Source of the DNA: an uncultured Bacilli bacterium
GTDB taxonomy: Bacteria; Bacillota_I; Bacilli_A; RF39; UBA660
Assembly (NCBI GenBank): GCA_934131695.1
Contig: CAKOZV010000002.1
Location: forward strand, 5,316 to 69,315
Reading direction: 5' to 3'
DNA: 64,000 nt
The notes under the pieces were generated by a model. The model was not told where the DNA came from. It made no database searches and saw nothing but the letters and a program-made list of their open reading frames with translations. Made by a program: the position numbers and the translations under genes. Below are positions 45,888 to 54,749 of the stretch, piece after piece. Each line of letters begins with the position of its first letter. The first letter of the stretch is position 1.

Positions 45888-47261
45888 TTATAATTGTTCG
45901 AAAATAATAACTAAACCTAAATTCAAATCATTTGGATAATCTTTACAAAAATCCTGAATTGAAGAATAACCAGATATTACTTCACATAGTTTTCTATGCT
46001 GTATAACTGCATGAAGTCCCATTAATTGTCTACTAAAATAGTTTGCTTCGCTATCTGTATCTTTAATTGAATATAACTTTTTTATCCTATTAACATTATT
46101 AGCTTCTTCACACACATCACAGCCACACAATTCCATTTTATCATCAACAAGATTTATATCAATATATTGACATGGTTCTTTTCTAAGTGTATTGTTTGAA
46201 TTTATTCCTCCTACAAAATATTTGCTAAATTTTGCATCTGCTGGAGAAGTAGTAGAAAAAACATATTTAGTAGATTTTGCATTACCATCTCCTACTCTTC
46301 TAACAGGAGAAGCAGCATCAAAAGAAGTGGCACCACTAAAGTAATTAGTTGCAATATTAGGATATCCTCCACAGCCTAATGCGTGAATAGGTCTGTTATC
46401 AGCTATCAATTCACGTACAATTTTTGCAGCTCTAGCAGGACCTACTGTAGATACATAATCTTTTTTCCCTGTATCATTAAAATCTATATCTTTATACCAA
46501 CTTTTATCGAGTTTCTTATAACTTGCGATACCGCCTAATGCAAATCCCCAAAATTTGTAACTATGCTTTCTTTCCAAAGACAAAACGAACTTAGTACATT
46601 TTTTATAATCCTCTTGCAAATCACCATGAATAGTTGCCAACACTTTTGGATAATAATCGGGATGTTCTTTTAAATACTTTATTGTTTCTTCTAGTAATAT
46701 ATTGTTAACTTCATCAGCATTCATTGCATTAAAGAATTTCTTCAGCTCAACATCAGAACCTTCCCCATCTTTTTCAGTATATTTTCCACCTAAATCAAAC
46801 GACACAACAATATCAATCTTTAAACTATTAGCAAAATTATAATATTCTTTCATCTGAATGATTAATTCATCAAGAAATTTATCAAATTTGTAGTTTACCT
46901 TTTTTGCAACATATTTAACAATGTTAAACGCACCTGAATCAAGTAGAAATACTTTGGAATTAAAATCGTATTTTTTAGGCTTATATCCATTATATATTTC
47001 ACCTTTTTTTATTAACATATTTCTAATATCGTTATATACATCACCAATTCTACTATATCCAGATAAATCATCAAACGCATGACTTTGAAAAGAATGTGGA
47101 ATGTTATTATTTATATAGTAGTAATTTATTAGTGCAGGTGTATCTCCAGTTAGTTCAGCATAAACTATTTCTCTATCCTTATCACCATTACCTCCGCCAT
47201 AATTATACACTTGAAAAAAAGATGGAATTGGCAATTTTTTTCCATGAACATCATAATTCAT
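45888..47261 (-). CDS. tRNA-guanine-transglycosylase-fold protein (TGT/DpdA-like, candidate nucleic-acid base-exchange enzyme)
   Basis: ATG at 47261 lies 8 nt after AGGAG. Ordered TGT hallmark blocks are PIPSFFQV, FLLDSGAFN, IDIVVSFD, ATIHGD, FALGGIA, RPIHALGCGGYP...TSFDAASPVRRVGDG and the zinc motif CGCDVC...LHAV. Confidence 0.7.
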   Translation of the reverse strand: MNYDVHGKKLPIPSFFQVYNYGGGNGDKDREIVYAELTGDTPALINYYYINNNIPHSFQSHAFDDLSGYSRIGDVYNDIRNMLIKKGEIYNGYKPKKYDFNSKVFLLDSGAFNIVKYVAKKVNYKFDKFLDELIIQMKEYYNFANSLKIDIVVSFDLGGKYTEKDGEGSDVELKKFFNAMNADEVNNILLEETIKYLKEHPDYYPKVLATIHGDLQEDYKKCTKFVLSLERKHSYKFWGFALGGIASYKKLDKSWYKDIDFNDTGKKDYVSTVGPARAAKIVRELIADNRPIHALGCGGYPNIATNYFSGATSFDAASPVRRVGDGNAKSTKYVFSTTSPADAKFSKYFVGGINSNNTLRKEPCQYIDINLVDDKMELCGCDVCEEANNVNRIKKLYSIKDTDSEANYFSRQLMGLHAVIQHRKLCEVISGYSSIQDFCKDYPNDLNLGLVIIFEQL

Positions 47262-47272
47262 TTTTATCACTC

Positions 47273-48061
47273 CTAATTCATATTAACTCCATTCTTTTGC
47301 ATTACCTTTATGATAGAAACCAACTCTTCTAATGTACCCATTTCTAAAAATTTAGAATATATTTTTTCTTTATATACAGATTGAGGATTTTTTTCTAAAT
47401 CTCCCTCTCTCTCCTGTCTTTCAAATACTTTTTCATTTATAAGTGTTTCCTTGACCTGTTCACTTGTTTCAAAGAATATTCCTTTTACACATGGATAGTC
47501 TATCCAATGAATATAAAAAACAGGCCTTTCAATATCAGATTCAATAATTTCAAGTTGTCTTTCAATTTTGGCTTTATCAAGTGTAGCACTTCCCTCATAG
47601 CAATATCTATTAATCTTTTGAATTGCAGAAATAAAAGGAGCACAATGATACTTAACTTCAAAATAAGCCAATATACCTTTATCTTTTCCTAAAATCATAC
47701 AATCAGGATATTTCTTATTGCTTTTATCTCCATGAGTTGCTTTAATCTTTAAATGATCAGTAAAATAATCTATTAAAATATTTTCAAAAAATTGGCCCAT
47801 TATGACATCATACTTGACATGACTTTTATTTCTTGGGCTCATAAAATATGCACCGCATTTTTTGCACATATCCTTTAATTGTGGAATCTCTTCTTTTAAT
47901 TCCTTAACTTTTTTAGGATCTTCTATATTATTTTCTTTATACATTTTATCAAAACATTCATCATTAAAATCATCATAAGTTAACTGGTTTTCAAATGTAG
48001 GTACATTCTTAAAAAAATCATCTATCCTATCCCTATATATATCCAAAATTTCATTATACAT
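47273..48061 (-). CDS. PD-(D/E)xK-type nuclease (candidate restriction endonuclease)
   Basis: 262 aa with the motif YPDCMILGKDKGILAYFEVKYH (PD-x14-EVK). RBS is GGTGGAG. The TAG stop lies 11 nt before the ATG of the TGT-like gene. Confidence 0.5.
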   Translation of the reverse strand: MYNEILDIYRDRIDDFFKNVPTFENQLTYDDFNDECFDKMYKENNIEDPKKVKELKEEIPQLKDMCKKCGAYFMSPRNKSHVKYDVIMGQFFENILIDYFTDHLKIKATHGDKSNKKYPDCMILGKDKGILAYFEVKYHCAPFISAIQKINRYCYEGSATLDKAKIERQLEIIESDIERPVFYIHWIDYPCVKGIFFETSEQVKETLINEKVFERQEREGDLEKNPQSVYKEKIYSKFLEMGTLEELVSIIKVMQKNGVNMN

Positions 48062-48196
48062 ACTACCACTCCACCATAAAATAAGTTTCTTATAACAAAA
48101 TTATAACATATATTTATGCAATTTTTGATTTTTCGATATAAATTTGTTGCAAAAAATCAATTTTAGAGTGATTAATACAAAGATTGGAGGATAGAT

Positions 48197-48607
48197 ATGA
48201 TTAGAAAATGTACAGACGAAGATATAAGTGATGAAGAATGTGAAAAGGTTATTGATCCCTTTTATGAAAACTATGATAGTTATTTGGAAGAATATGTTAT
48301 TCCTGAAGTTATAGCATTTAATATTGCTAGTTCTTTTTATAGAAATGCTATGTGGAAAGCAACTTTTGAACAACATTTTAATTCTGCTTTTGATACATTT
48401 AATCTGATGTGTAGAAATTATAAAAAAATGAAAGGTGAGGTTATTAAACTGCTCAGATTAAAATATTCTTTAGAAATTATCAACGAAGATCCTTTACAGA
48501 CTCGTCACCGGTTTTTAATAATTCTAACTTTTCATTTAATGTTTCTGTCAATAAGTCTAATGCATAAATCTTTGTTTTTCCAAATTTATTTTTATTCATT
48601 TCATTAA
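48197..48607 (+). CDS. hypothetical acidic protein; 3' third runs antisense into the KAP gene
   Basis: ATG lies 6 nt after TGGAGGA. The first ~95 aa look coding. The last ~40 aa (FLIILTFHLMFLSISL...) look like antisense read-through of the KAP 3' end. Confidence 0.4.
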   Translation: MIRKCTDEDISDEECEKVIDPFYENYDSYLEEYVIPEVIAFNIASSFYRNAMWKATFEQHFNSAFDTFNLMCRNYKKMKGEVIKLLRLKYSLEIINEDPLQTRHRFLIILTFHLMFLSISLMHKSLFFQIYFYSFH

Positions 48608-50405
48608 TTCTTTTTATCAAAAGTTCAAGATTTTCTCTATCCATCATATAAAAATCCCTTATATTACCAAAATGATAAACATTGTCTATTGTATATTTGA
48701 AATAAAAAATATCTTTTGTAGGACACTTTTTAATATTTTCTATAATTAAATTAACATCCAATTTATTTAAAAATCCCTCGCCATGAATAACATTATTCTT
48801 GATATAAAGGTTATAAAGTTTTTCACCCCAGTTTTCTGATAACAATATAGTAACTATTGTATCGGAACTATTTTTACTTCTATTTTGATTAATAATGTCA
48901 TTAAATTCTTTTGAATACTTATTGTAAACATCCACTGTTTTTTGATCATTTAACATTGTATGAAAATCAATATAATCAACTTTATTATCAACTAAGCTTT
49001 TCTTCATTAGAGCTACTAACTGCTCAATATAATCAGGAAATAGTCCAATTACTTCTAAGCCTGATATAATCCTTAATAATTTGGGAAAAACTTGATATCC
49101 ATAATGAAAATTTTTAATCATTTTATCTAAATATTCTTTTATTTCACTATCTTCTAATTCCCAATAAGCTTCTAAATTAAAATATGGATCATCATTTGGT
49201 AAAGCATTTTCTATTTCAACTGTTATATATTGATTTAAAGTGTTCTTCATCTGACTTAAATTAAGGCTAGAAGAACATAAATAATCACTAATAAAATCAA
49301 ACGCAGTAAAATAATCAGTCATTTTTTGTAATCCATCATCAGTGAATGATGTTGCACCAGAATATTTTGCACCATTTAATTTTTGTTTTATTTCAACACC
49401 ATTTTTTAATAATACAGACATATGAATTGTATTAATAAATGTTAATTCTAAAATTCTATTTTCTTTTTCTTCATATTTTTGCTTTTTAATTTGATTAAAT
49501 ATAATTTCATATTCATTTAATAAAAAAATTATAGTTCTAATGTTACAACAATTATCTTTTTTTAGCGTTTCAACTAATAAACTCTTTTGGGATTTCAAAT
49601 ACTCATAGTATTTCTTATTTTTAACATGGTTTTCTAAAAGATTATTTATTATTTTTTCCAAATTTGGCACATAATCTATAGTTTTACCAATTAATTTTTC
49701 TTTTATTAATTTATACTTATTTTCTGTGTTATATGTTTTGTTAACTCTTTTTTTAATATCTTCTATCTTTGGCTTAGTAACTGTATCATCACTTTGCCAT
49801 GAATTAACTTTTTTCTTTTCGCCATACTCAATATTATTATATAAGCAACTAATTATTTTTAATTCATAATTATTATCTATATTTAGCTTTTCTATTTCGT
49901 TTTCGTTAGCAACTATAATACACTTAACATTCTTGTGTTCCACATAATCATTAATAAACCCCAAGACTTCATTAATAGGTATATTAACTCTTTCTAAATC
50001 GTCAAATATAATTAATTTTTTCGAAACATCTATAAAATTACTCATTAACTCAGTTGCATCAATACTTTTTGCATCTGGTAAAGGTATTTTAAAAATACTT
50101 GAAATGGCCGATGAAAAGCTTCTATAACCAGCGCCTAATATTTTGCCTCCCTTTTTTATTTTTTTATTTATTTTCATATTTTTGTTCATTATTGAGTATA
50201 GTATTTTTTTACTTATATCACTTGTATTACTAAGCCCATATAAAGAAACATATACACTATCATTAATTTTTGCTAGTATTTTGTTTTTAACAAAATATGT
50301 TTTACCGCATCCCCACTCTCCATTAAGTAGAATTGCATACTGACTATTAACATCAGAGTAGTATGTTTTAATTATTTCAATTATTTCTTCCTCGCTTAAA
50401 TTCAT
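48480..50405 (-). CDS. KAP-family P-loop NTPase
   Basis: 641 aa. N-terminal YAILLNGEWGCGKTYF (Walker A), LIIFDDLER (Walker B) and a long helical insert are typical of KAP NTPases. Confidence 0.8.
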   Translation of the reverse strand: MNLSEEEIIEIIKTYYSDVNSQYAILLNGEWGCGKTYFVKNKILAKINDSVYVSLYGLSNTSDISKKILYSIMNKNMKINKKIKKGGKILGAGYRSFSSAISSIFKIPLPDAKSIDATELMSNFIDVSKKLIIFDDLERVNIPINEVLGFINDYVEHKNVKCIIVANENEIEKLNIDNNYELKIISCLYNNIEYGEKKKVNSWQSDDTVTKPKIEDIKKRVNKTYNTENKYKLIKEKLIGKTIDYVPNLEKIINNLLENHVKNKKYYEYLKSQKSLLVETLKKDNCCNIRTIIFLLNEYEIIFNQIKKQKYEEKENRILELTFINTIHMSVLLKNGVEIKQKLNGAKYSGATSFTDDGLQKMTDYFTAFDFISDYLCSSSLNLSQMKNTLNQYITVEIENALPNDDPYFNLEAYWELEDSEIKEYLDKMIKNFHYGYQVFPKLLRIISGLEVIGLFPDYIEQLVALMKKSLVDNKVDYIDFHTMLNDQKTVDVYNKYSKEFNDIINQNRSKNSSDTIVTILLSENWGEKLYNLYIKNNVIHGEGFLNKLDVNLIIENIKKCPTKDIFYFKYTIDNVYHFGNIRDFYMMDRENLELLIKRINEMNKNKFGKTKIYALDLLTETLNEKLELLKTGDESVKDLR

Positions 50406-50436
50406 AACAATTCTATCCTCCTTATAAAAGAAAAAA

Positions 50437-50459
50437 TTCTATACTATAATTGTATAGAA
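50437..50459. promoter_or_regulatory. 8-bp-arm palindrome between the putative promoter and RBS of the KAP gene (operator candidate)
   Basis: TTCTATAC-TATAATT-GTATAGAA. Confidence 0.35.
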
Positions 50460-50526
50460 CTCTATGATTACATTATACTACTTTATCTCTTAAATGTCTG
50501 CAATAATCATGCAATTTTAACAAAAC

Positions 50527-50550
50527 TTGTTCCCGAGTTGTTCCCAAGAA
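50527..50550 (+). repeat. 24-nt repeat m2, copy B
   Basis: TTGTTCCC-GAG-TTGTTCCC-AAGAA. Confidence 0.8.
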
Positions 50551-50597
50551 TTATTTTCATTCTTCTCTATACTCACAGCCCCTTATAAAATGGGCAT

Positions 50598-50627
50598 AAA
50601 AAATGAGAGCACGGTTAAATGCTCTCT
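50598..50627 (-). terminator. rho-independent terminator of recG (repeat m1, copy B)
   Basis: Minus strand reads GAGAGCA-TTTAACCG-TGCTCTC followed by ATTTTTT. The flanks (CCCCCTGAAGAGAG...CTCTCATTTTT) are shared with 42308-42340. Confidence 0.65.
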
Positions 50628-50775
50628 TCAGGGGGTTTCGGTAAGTATATCTACACAAAAAACAGTAGATTATACTTCATGATAAATAGTAAAAGCTACC
50701 TATCATGTAACTTAATAATAACTAAAAAATGCTAAGATGTCAATTTTATTTCCGAAACTTTCCACTTCTTTACAC

Positions 50776-52776
50776 TTAACTATGTATAATTGATTCAATA
50801 ATTTTCATCTTTAATTGTTTTTCTTCTTCTGTCTTTTTTAATAAATACTGATAAGAATCTTCTCTTGCTCTTAAAAGAATAGAATAATCATTCTTTATAT
50901 TAGCTATTTTAAAAGACATATCACCACTTTGTTTAGTACCAAATAAATCACCATGACCTCTTAGTTTAAAGTCTTCTTCACTTATTTCAAACCCATCAGT
51001 AGTCTTTTCCATAATATGAAGTCTTTCAGTATCTTGATTACTTATTAAAACACAATGTGACTGTAAATCATTTCTTCCTACTCTTCCTCTTAACTGATGA
51101 AGTGTTGAAAGTCCAAATCTATTAGCATCAAATATAACCATCATAGTAGCATTAGGAACATCTACTCCTACTTCAATAACAGTTGTACTAATTAGTATTT
51201 GACACTTATTAAGAAGAAAGTCATTCATAACTTTATCTTTAGCTGCTGTAGCCATCTTACCATGAACTAGTCCTATCTTATATTTACTACCAAAAGCGAC
51301 TGTTAATTTATCTTTAAGTTCATTGACATTAGTTAAATCACTATTTTCACTTTCTTCTATCAAAGGTGCTATTACATATATCTGATGATCTTGTTTCAAT
51401 TCTTCATACATCATGGCTAAAACATCTTTCATCTCAGCCTCATTCTTTAACACTGTATGAATCTTCTTTCTCCCCTTTGGTCTTGTCTTAATAGTAGATA
51501 CATCCATATCACCAAAGATAGTTAAAGCATAAGTTCTTGGTATGGGAGTAGCACTCATATATAAGGTATCTGGTTTCTTACCCTTATTTTCTAAATTAGC
51601 TCGTTGATTAACACCAAACCTATGTTGCTCATCAGTAATAACTAATCCCAGATTGTTATACTCTACCTCTTCTTGAATTAAAGAATGAGTTCCAATAATA
51701 ACATCTATATCATTATTAGCAAGGCTTGTTAAAATCTTATCTTTATCCCTCTTACTAGTTGATCCTGTTAATAAGGCAATATTTATATCAGTATCTTTAA
51801 AGATATCTTTCATATTATTATAATGCTGGGTAGCAAGTATTTCAGTAGGAGCCATTAAAGCACTCTGATAGCCTGCTAGATAGTTAGCATAGATAGCAAG
51901 AAAAGAAACAATTGTCTTACCACTACCAACATCACCTTGTAATAACCTATTCATTTTCCCTTCACTAGTTAGGTCCTTTACAATATCAGAAACTGCTTTT
52001 TCCTGATCAGTTGTAAGCTCAAAAGGAAGTGTTTTAATAAAATCTTCTACCTTCTTAGTATCTATTTCTTTTTTTATACCAGAATTTTTATTCTTATTTT
52101 CCATTTTTAAATAGTTAATCTTAAACATAAAAGAAAATAACTCTTCATACTTAAGTCTATTCTTTGCTTCCTCTAACTTTTCAAGAGATGGTGGATTATG
52201 TACTATATTTAAAGCGGTTCTTTTATTAACAAAGTTATACTTTTCTTGATACTCTAAAGGGATAAAATCTGTTATTTCTTTATAATTACCTAGTAAAGCC
52301 ATATTTATATAAGTAGACATATTCTTATTAGTAAGACCACTAGTTAAATGATAAACTGGTTCTATCTTAATCTTCGCAGATAACGTTTCTAACTTTATAT
52401 CAGATGCTGTAATAACATTCTTTCTCTTATCAAATTTACCTATTACTGTAACACCAGTACCTACTGCTAAATGACTTTTTAGAAAGGCTCTATTAAATAT
52501 AGATATACCAACTACTCCTGATGAAGTAACTAATCTAAAGTTCATTTTATTAAGTCCTGCTTTAAACCTAACTAAGATTGGACTACTTTCTATTCTTCCA
52601 TCTATAATAATATGATCACCATCTACTGTATCAGTAAGTGATCCTCTTTTCAAAATATCATAACGAAATGGATAATGGGTTACCAAATCATCTACTGTGG
52701 TAATCCCTATTTTATTCAAAAGGACTAAAGACCTTGGTCCTATCCCTCTAACATCTTTCAATGCCACAACTACCAC
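50776..52776 (-). CDS. recG: ATP-dependent DNA helicase RecG
   Basis: Wedge domain plus superfamily-2 helicase motifs: GDVGSGKT, DEQHRFG, SATPIPRT and QLRGRVGR. The exact start among the GTG/TTG codons at 52761-52776 is uncertain. Confidence 0.95.
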   Translation of the reverse strand: MVVVALKDVRGIGPRSLVLLNKIGITTVDDLVTHYPFRYDILKRGSLTDTVDGDHIIIDGRIESSPILVRFKAGLNKMNFRLVTSSGVVGISIFNRAFLKSHLAVGTGVTVIGKFDKRKNVITASDIKLETLSAKIKIEPVYHLTSGLTNKNMSTYINMALLGNYKEITDFIPLEYQEKYNFVNKRTALNIVHNPPSLEKLEEAKNRLKYEELFSFMFKINYLKMENKNKNSGIKKEIDTKKVEDFIKTLPFELTTDQEKAVSDIVKDLTSEGKMNRLLQGDVGSGKTIVSFLAIYANYLAGYQSALMAPTEILATQHYNNMKDIFKDTDINIALLTGSTSKRDKDKILTSLANNDIDVIIGTHSLIQEEVEYNNLGLVITDEQHRFGVNQRANLENKGKKPDTLYMSATPIPRTYALTIFGDMDVSTIKTRPKGRKKIHTVLKNEAEMKDVLAMMYEELKQDHQIYVIAPLIEESENSDLTNVNELKDKLTVAFGSKYKIGLVHGKMATAAKDKVMNDFLLNKCQILISTTVIEVGVDVPNATMMVIFDANRFGLSTLHQLRGRVGRNDLQSHCVLISNQDTERLHIMEKTTDGFEISEEDFKLRGHGDLFGTKQSGDMSFKIANIKNDYSILLRAREDSYQYLLKKTEEEKQLKMKIIESIIHS

Positions 52777-52856
52777 CTCTTCTTCTGCCTGATATTATAT
52801 CACATTTTTAGGAATTTTTGAAGATGAAAACACATAAAATATTATAAGGAGGCTTA

Positions 52857-53453
52857 ATGAAATTAATTATTGATGACATGATAGAAGATAATGATAATCT
52901 TCTTTTAACCAATAAGTTTGTCACTGGTTTTAGACTTAAACTTGCTCTTACTAGTGATAATATTGTTATCGTATTACCTAGTAAAATAGATATTTCTCTT
53001 ACTAATTTAACCTTTAAAGAGATAAAAAAGATTAATCAGAATCTATATACTCTTAAAGAGACATTAGAGATATTTAAAAATTATCAAAAAGAACTTATCT
53101 TAACTATTTCTAGGTTAGAGGATAAGACTAATCTATTTATTGATTTAATTCTAGTAGAAATACAAAAGTATAGTAATTTAAACTTTTCATTTGAAACTAG
53201 TGATGATGCTATTTATAAATATTTAAAGAATACTAGTTATCCTAGTTATTTAATTACAGGTGATTGCAAAGATAAAGTCATAATAAAAAGAAAAGATAAG
53301 AATTATTTCTTTAATAAAGTATCTAGCATAACTAACCTTTATAAATTATTAAATAATCATTCTAACTCTTTTCCTTTATATATTATAATTCAAGAAAATA
53401 TGAAAAAGTCTTTGCTTTTTAACACATCATTGCTCCGTCTACTTGAAGAATAG
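52857..53453 (+). CDS. hypothetical protein (198 aa)
   Basis: ATG follows AAGGAGG. No motif recognised. The 3' end overlaps the convergent SDR gene by 35 nt. Confidence 0.5.
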   Translation: MKLIIDDMIEDNDNLLLTNKFVTGFRLKLALTSDNIVIVLPSKIDISLTNLTFKEIKKINQNLYTLKETLEIFKNYQKELILTISRLEDKTNLFIDLILVEIQKYSNLNFSFETSDDAIYKYLKNTSYPSYLITGDCKDKVIIKRKDKNYFFNKVSSITNLYKLLNNHSNSFPLYIIIQENMKKSLLFNTSLLRLLEE

Positions 53454-54159
53454 TTCCTGTTACATAACTTGCTTTATCACTTGCTAAGAATAGTATGGCA
53501 TTAGCTATATCTTTAGGATCACCTATTCTTCCTAATGGTATCATAGCAATTAAAGGTTTAATCATTTCATCTGGTAAATTTTTAACCATATCAGTATTAG
53601 TTATACCAGGTGCTACAGCATTTACTCTTATTTTCTTTTTACCTAACTCTCTTGCTAAACTCTTAGTTAAACCGTTAACAGCAAATTTACTAGTTGGATA
53701 TAGACAGCCACTAGGTTGACCATAAAAGCTTACCATAGAGCTGACATTTACAATTGATGGATTCTCCCCTGTCATATATGGAATAACTGCTTTAGAAGTA
53801 TCAAATACCCCTTTTATATTTAGATTAATAATCTTATCACACTCTTCTTCTGTATAGCTTGTTATAGGTGTACTTGAAGATACTCCAGCATTATTTACTA
53901 AAATATCAATTTTACCATATTTAGTAGCTATTTCTTTAGCTACTTTTTCCATTTCTTCTAGATTAGCTAAATCAGTAAAATATCCTTCTACTTTATATTC
54001 ATTATTTTCTTCTTTTAAAGAATTAATTGCTTTTGTAACACTTTCTTCACGTGATCCGAAAAGTATTACTCTAGCTCCTTCTTTTAGAAATTCTTCTACA
54101 GTAGTGTAACCAATCCCTCTAGTACCTCCGGTTACTAAAACTACTTTTTCATTAAACAT
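53419..54159 (-). CDS. SDR-family oxidoreductase (FabG-like 3-oxoacyl-ACP reductase)
   Basis: TGGTRGIG, NNAG and YxxxK (YPTSKFAV). The probable start is MFNEKVV at 54159. Confidence 0.85.
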   Translation of the reverse strand: MFNEKVVLVTGGTRGIGYTTVEEFLKEGARVILFGSREESVTKAINSLKEENNEYKVEGYFTDLANLEEMEKVAKEIATKYGKIDILVNNAGVSSSTPITSYTEEECDKIINLNIKGVFDTSKAVIPYMTGENPSIVNVSSMVSFYGQPSGCLYPTSKFAVNGLTKSLARELGKKKIRVNAVAPGITNTDMVKNLPDEMIKPLIAMIPLGRIGDPKDIANAILFLASDKASYVTGTILQVDGAMMC

Positions 54160-54294
54160 TATTATCATCACCTTCCATTTTAATTATAACAAGAGATAGT
54201 ACTTATAGGTAAATAATCTTTGAAAGATGACACAATTTGACAAAAAAATAAGATACCAAGAGTATCTTTTATATTTATAATTTAAATTCTCGAA

Positions 54295-54370
54295 TGGTGG
54301 TTCCAGGTGGAATCGAACCACCGACACAAGGATTTTCAGTCCTTTGCTCTACCGACTGAGCTATGAAACC
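54295..54370 (-). tRNA. tRNA-Phe (GAA)
   Basis: Anticodon arm AAGGA-CTGAAAA-TCCTT; encoded CCA. Confidence 0.9.
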
Positions 54371-54376
54371 AAATAA

Positions 54377-54453
54377 TGGCGGTTCCGACGGGGCTCGAAC
54401 CCGCGATCTTCTGCGTGACAGGCAGACGTGTTAACCAGCTGCACCACGGAACC
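54377..54453 (-). tRNA. tRNA-Asp (GUC)
   Basis: Anticodon arm TCTGC-CTGTCAC-GCAGA; encoded CCA. Confidence 0.9.
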
Positions 54454-54457
54454 ATTA

Positions 54458-54533
54458 TGGTTGCGGGAGGAGGACTCGAACCTCCGACCTCTGGGTTATG
54501 AGCCCAACGAGCTACCAACTGCTCCATCCCGCG
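54458..54533 (-). tRNA. initiator tRNA-fMet (CAU)
   Basis: C1:A72 mismatch in the acceptor stem (CGCGGGA/TCCCGCA). Three G:C pairs close the anticodon loop (GGGCTCATAACCC). Confidence 0.85.
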
Positions 54534-54554
54534 ATATCAATATATAAATTTAAG

Positions 54555-54647
54555 TGGCGGAGGAAAAGGGATTCGAACCCCTGCGTCGCTTGCGCGACCT
54601 CCCGGTTTTCAAGACCGGTCCCTTCAACCAGACTTGGGTATTCCTCC
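54555..54647 (-). tRNA. tRNA-Ser (UGA)
   Basis: Long variable arm; anticodon arm CCGGT-CTTGAAA-ACCGG. Confidence 0.9.
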
Positions 54648-54654
54648 AAATAAG

Positions 54655-54743
54655 TGGTGCCTAAGGCCGGACTTGAACCGGCACGAAGTATGACCTTCGC
54701 AGGATTTTAAGTCCTGTGCGTCTACCAATTCCGCCACTCAGGC
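54655..54743 (-). tRNA. tRNA-Leu (UAA)
   Basis: Long variable arm; anticodon arm CAGGA-CTTAAAA-TCCTG. Confidence 0.9.
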
Positions 54744-54749
54744 ACATCA

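Noticed and set aside
45888-47261. Housekeeping queuine tRNA-ribosyltransferase (tgt)
   Set aside because: The motifs are TGT-like but clearly diverged (LLDSGAFN rather than LTDSGGFQ, and so on). The protein is longer than bacterial Tgt. It is translationally coupled to a nuclease inside a restriction-modification cluster rather than sitting beside queA/yajC-type genes. This cannot be excluded without a search.
48101-48376. 91-aa minus-strand ORF
   Set aside because: It is antisense to the better-supported 136-aa ORF and spans the divergent intergenic region. It has no RBS and junk-like composition.
53419-53453. Convergent 35-nt CDS overlap (198-aa ORF versus SDR gene), and the similar 22-nt overlap at 21397-21418
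   Set aside because: Short 3' overlaps of convergent genes are common in compact AT-rich genomes. I saw no additional signal suggesting regulation.
54336-54527. 63-aa ORF in the supplied track
   Set aside because: It lies entirely over the tRNA-Phe, tRNA-Asp and tRNA-fMet genes on the same strand. It is an artefact of GC-richer tRNA sequence.
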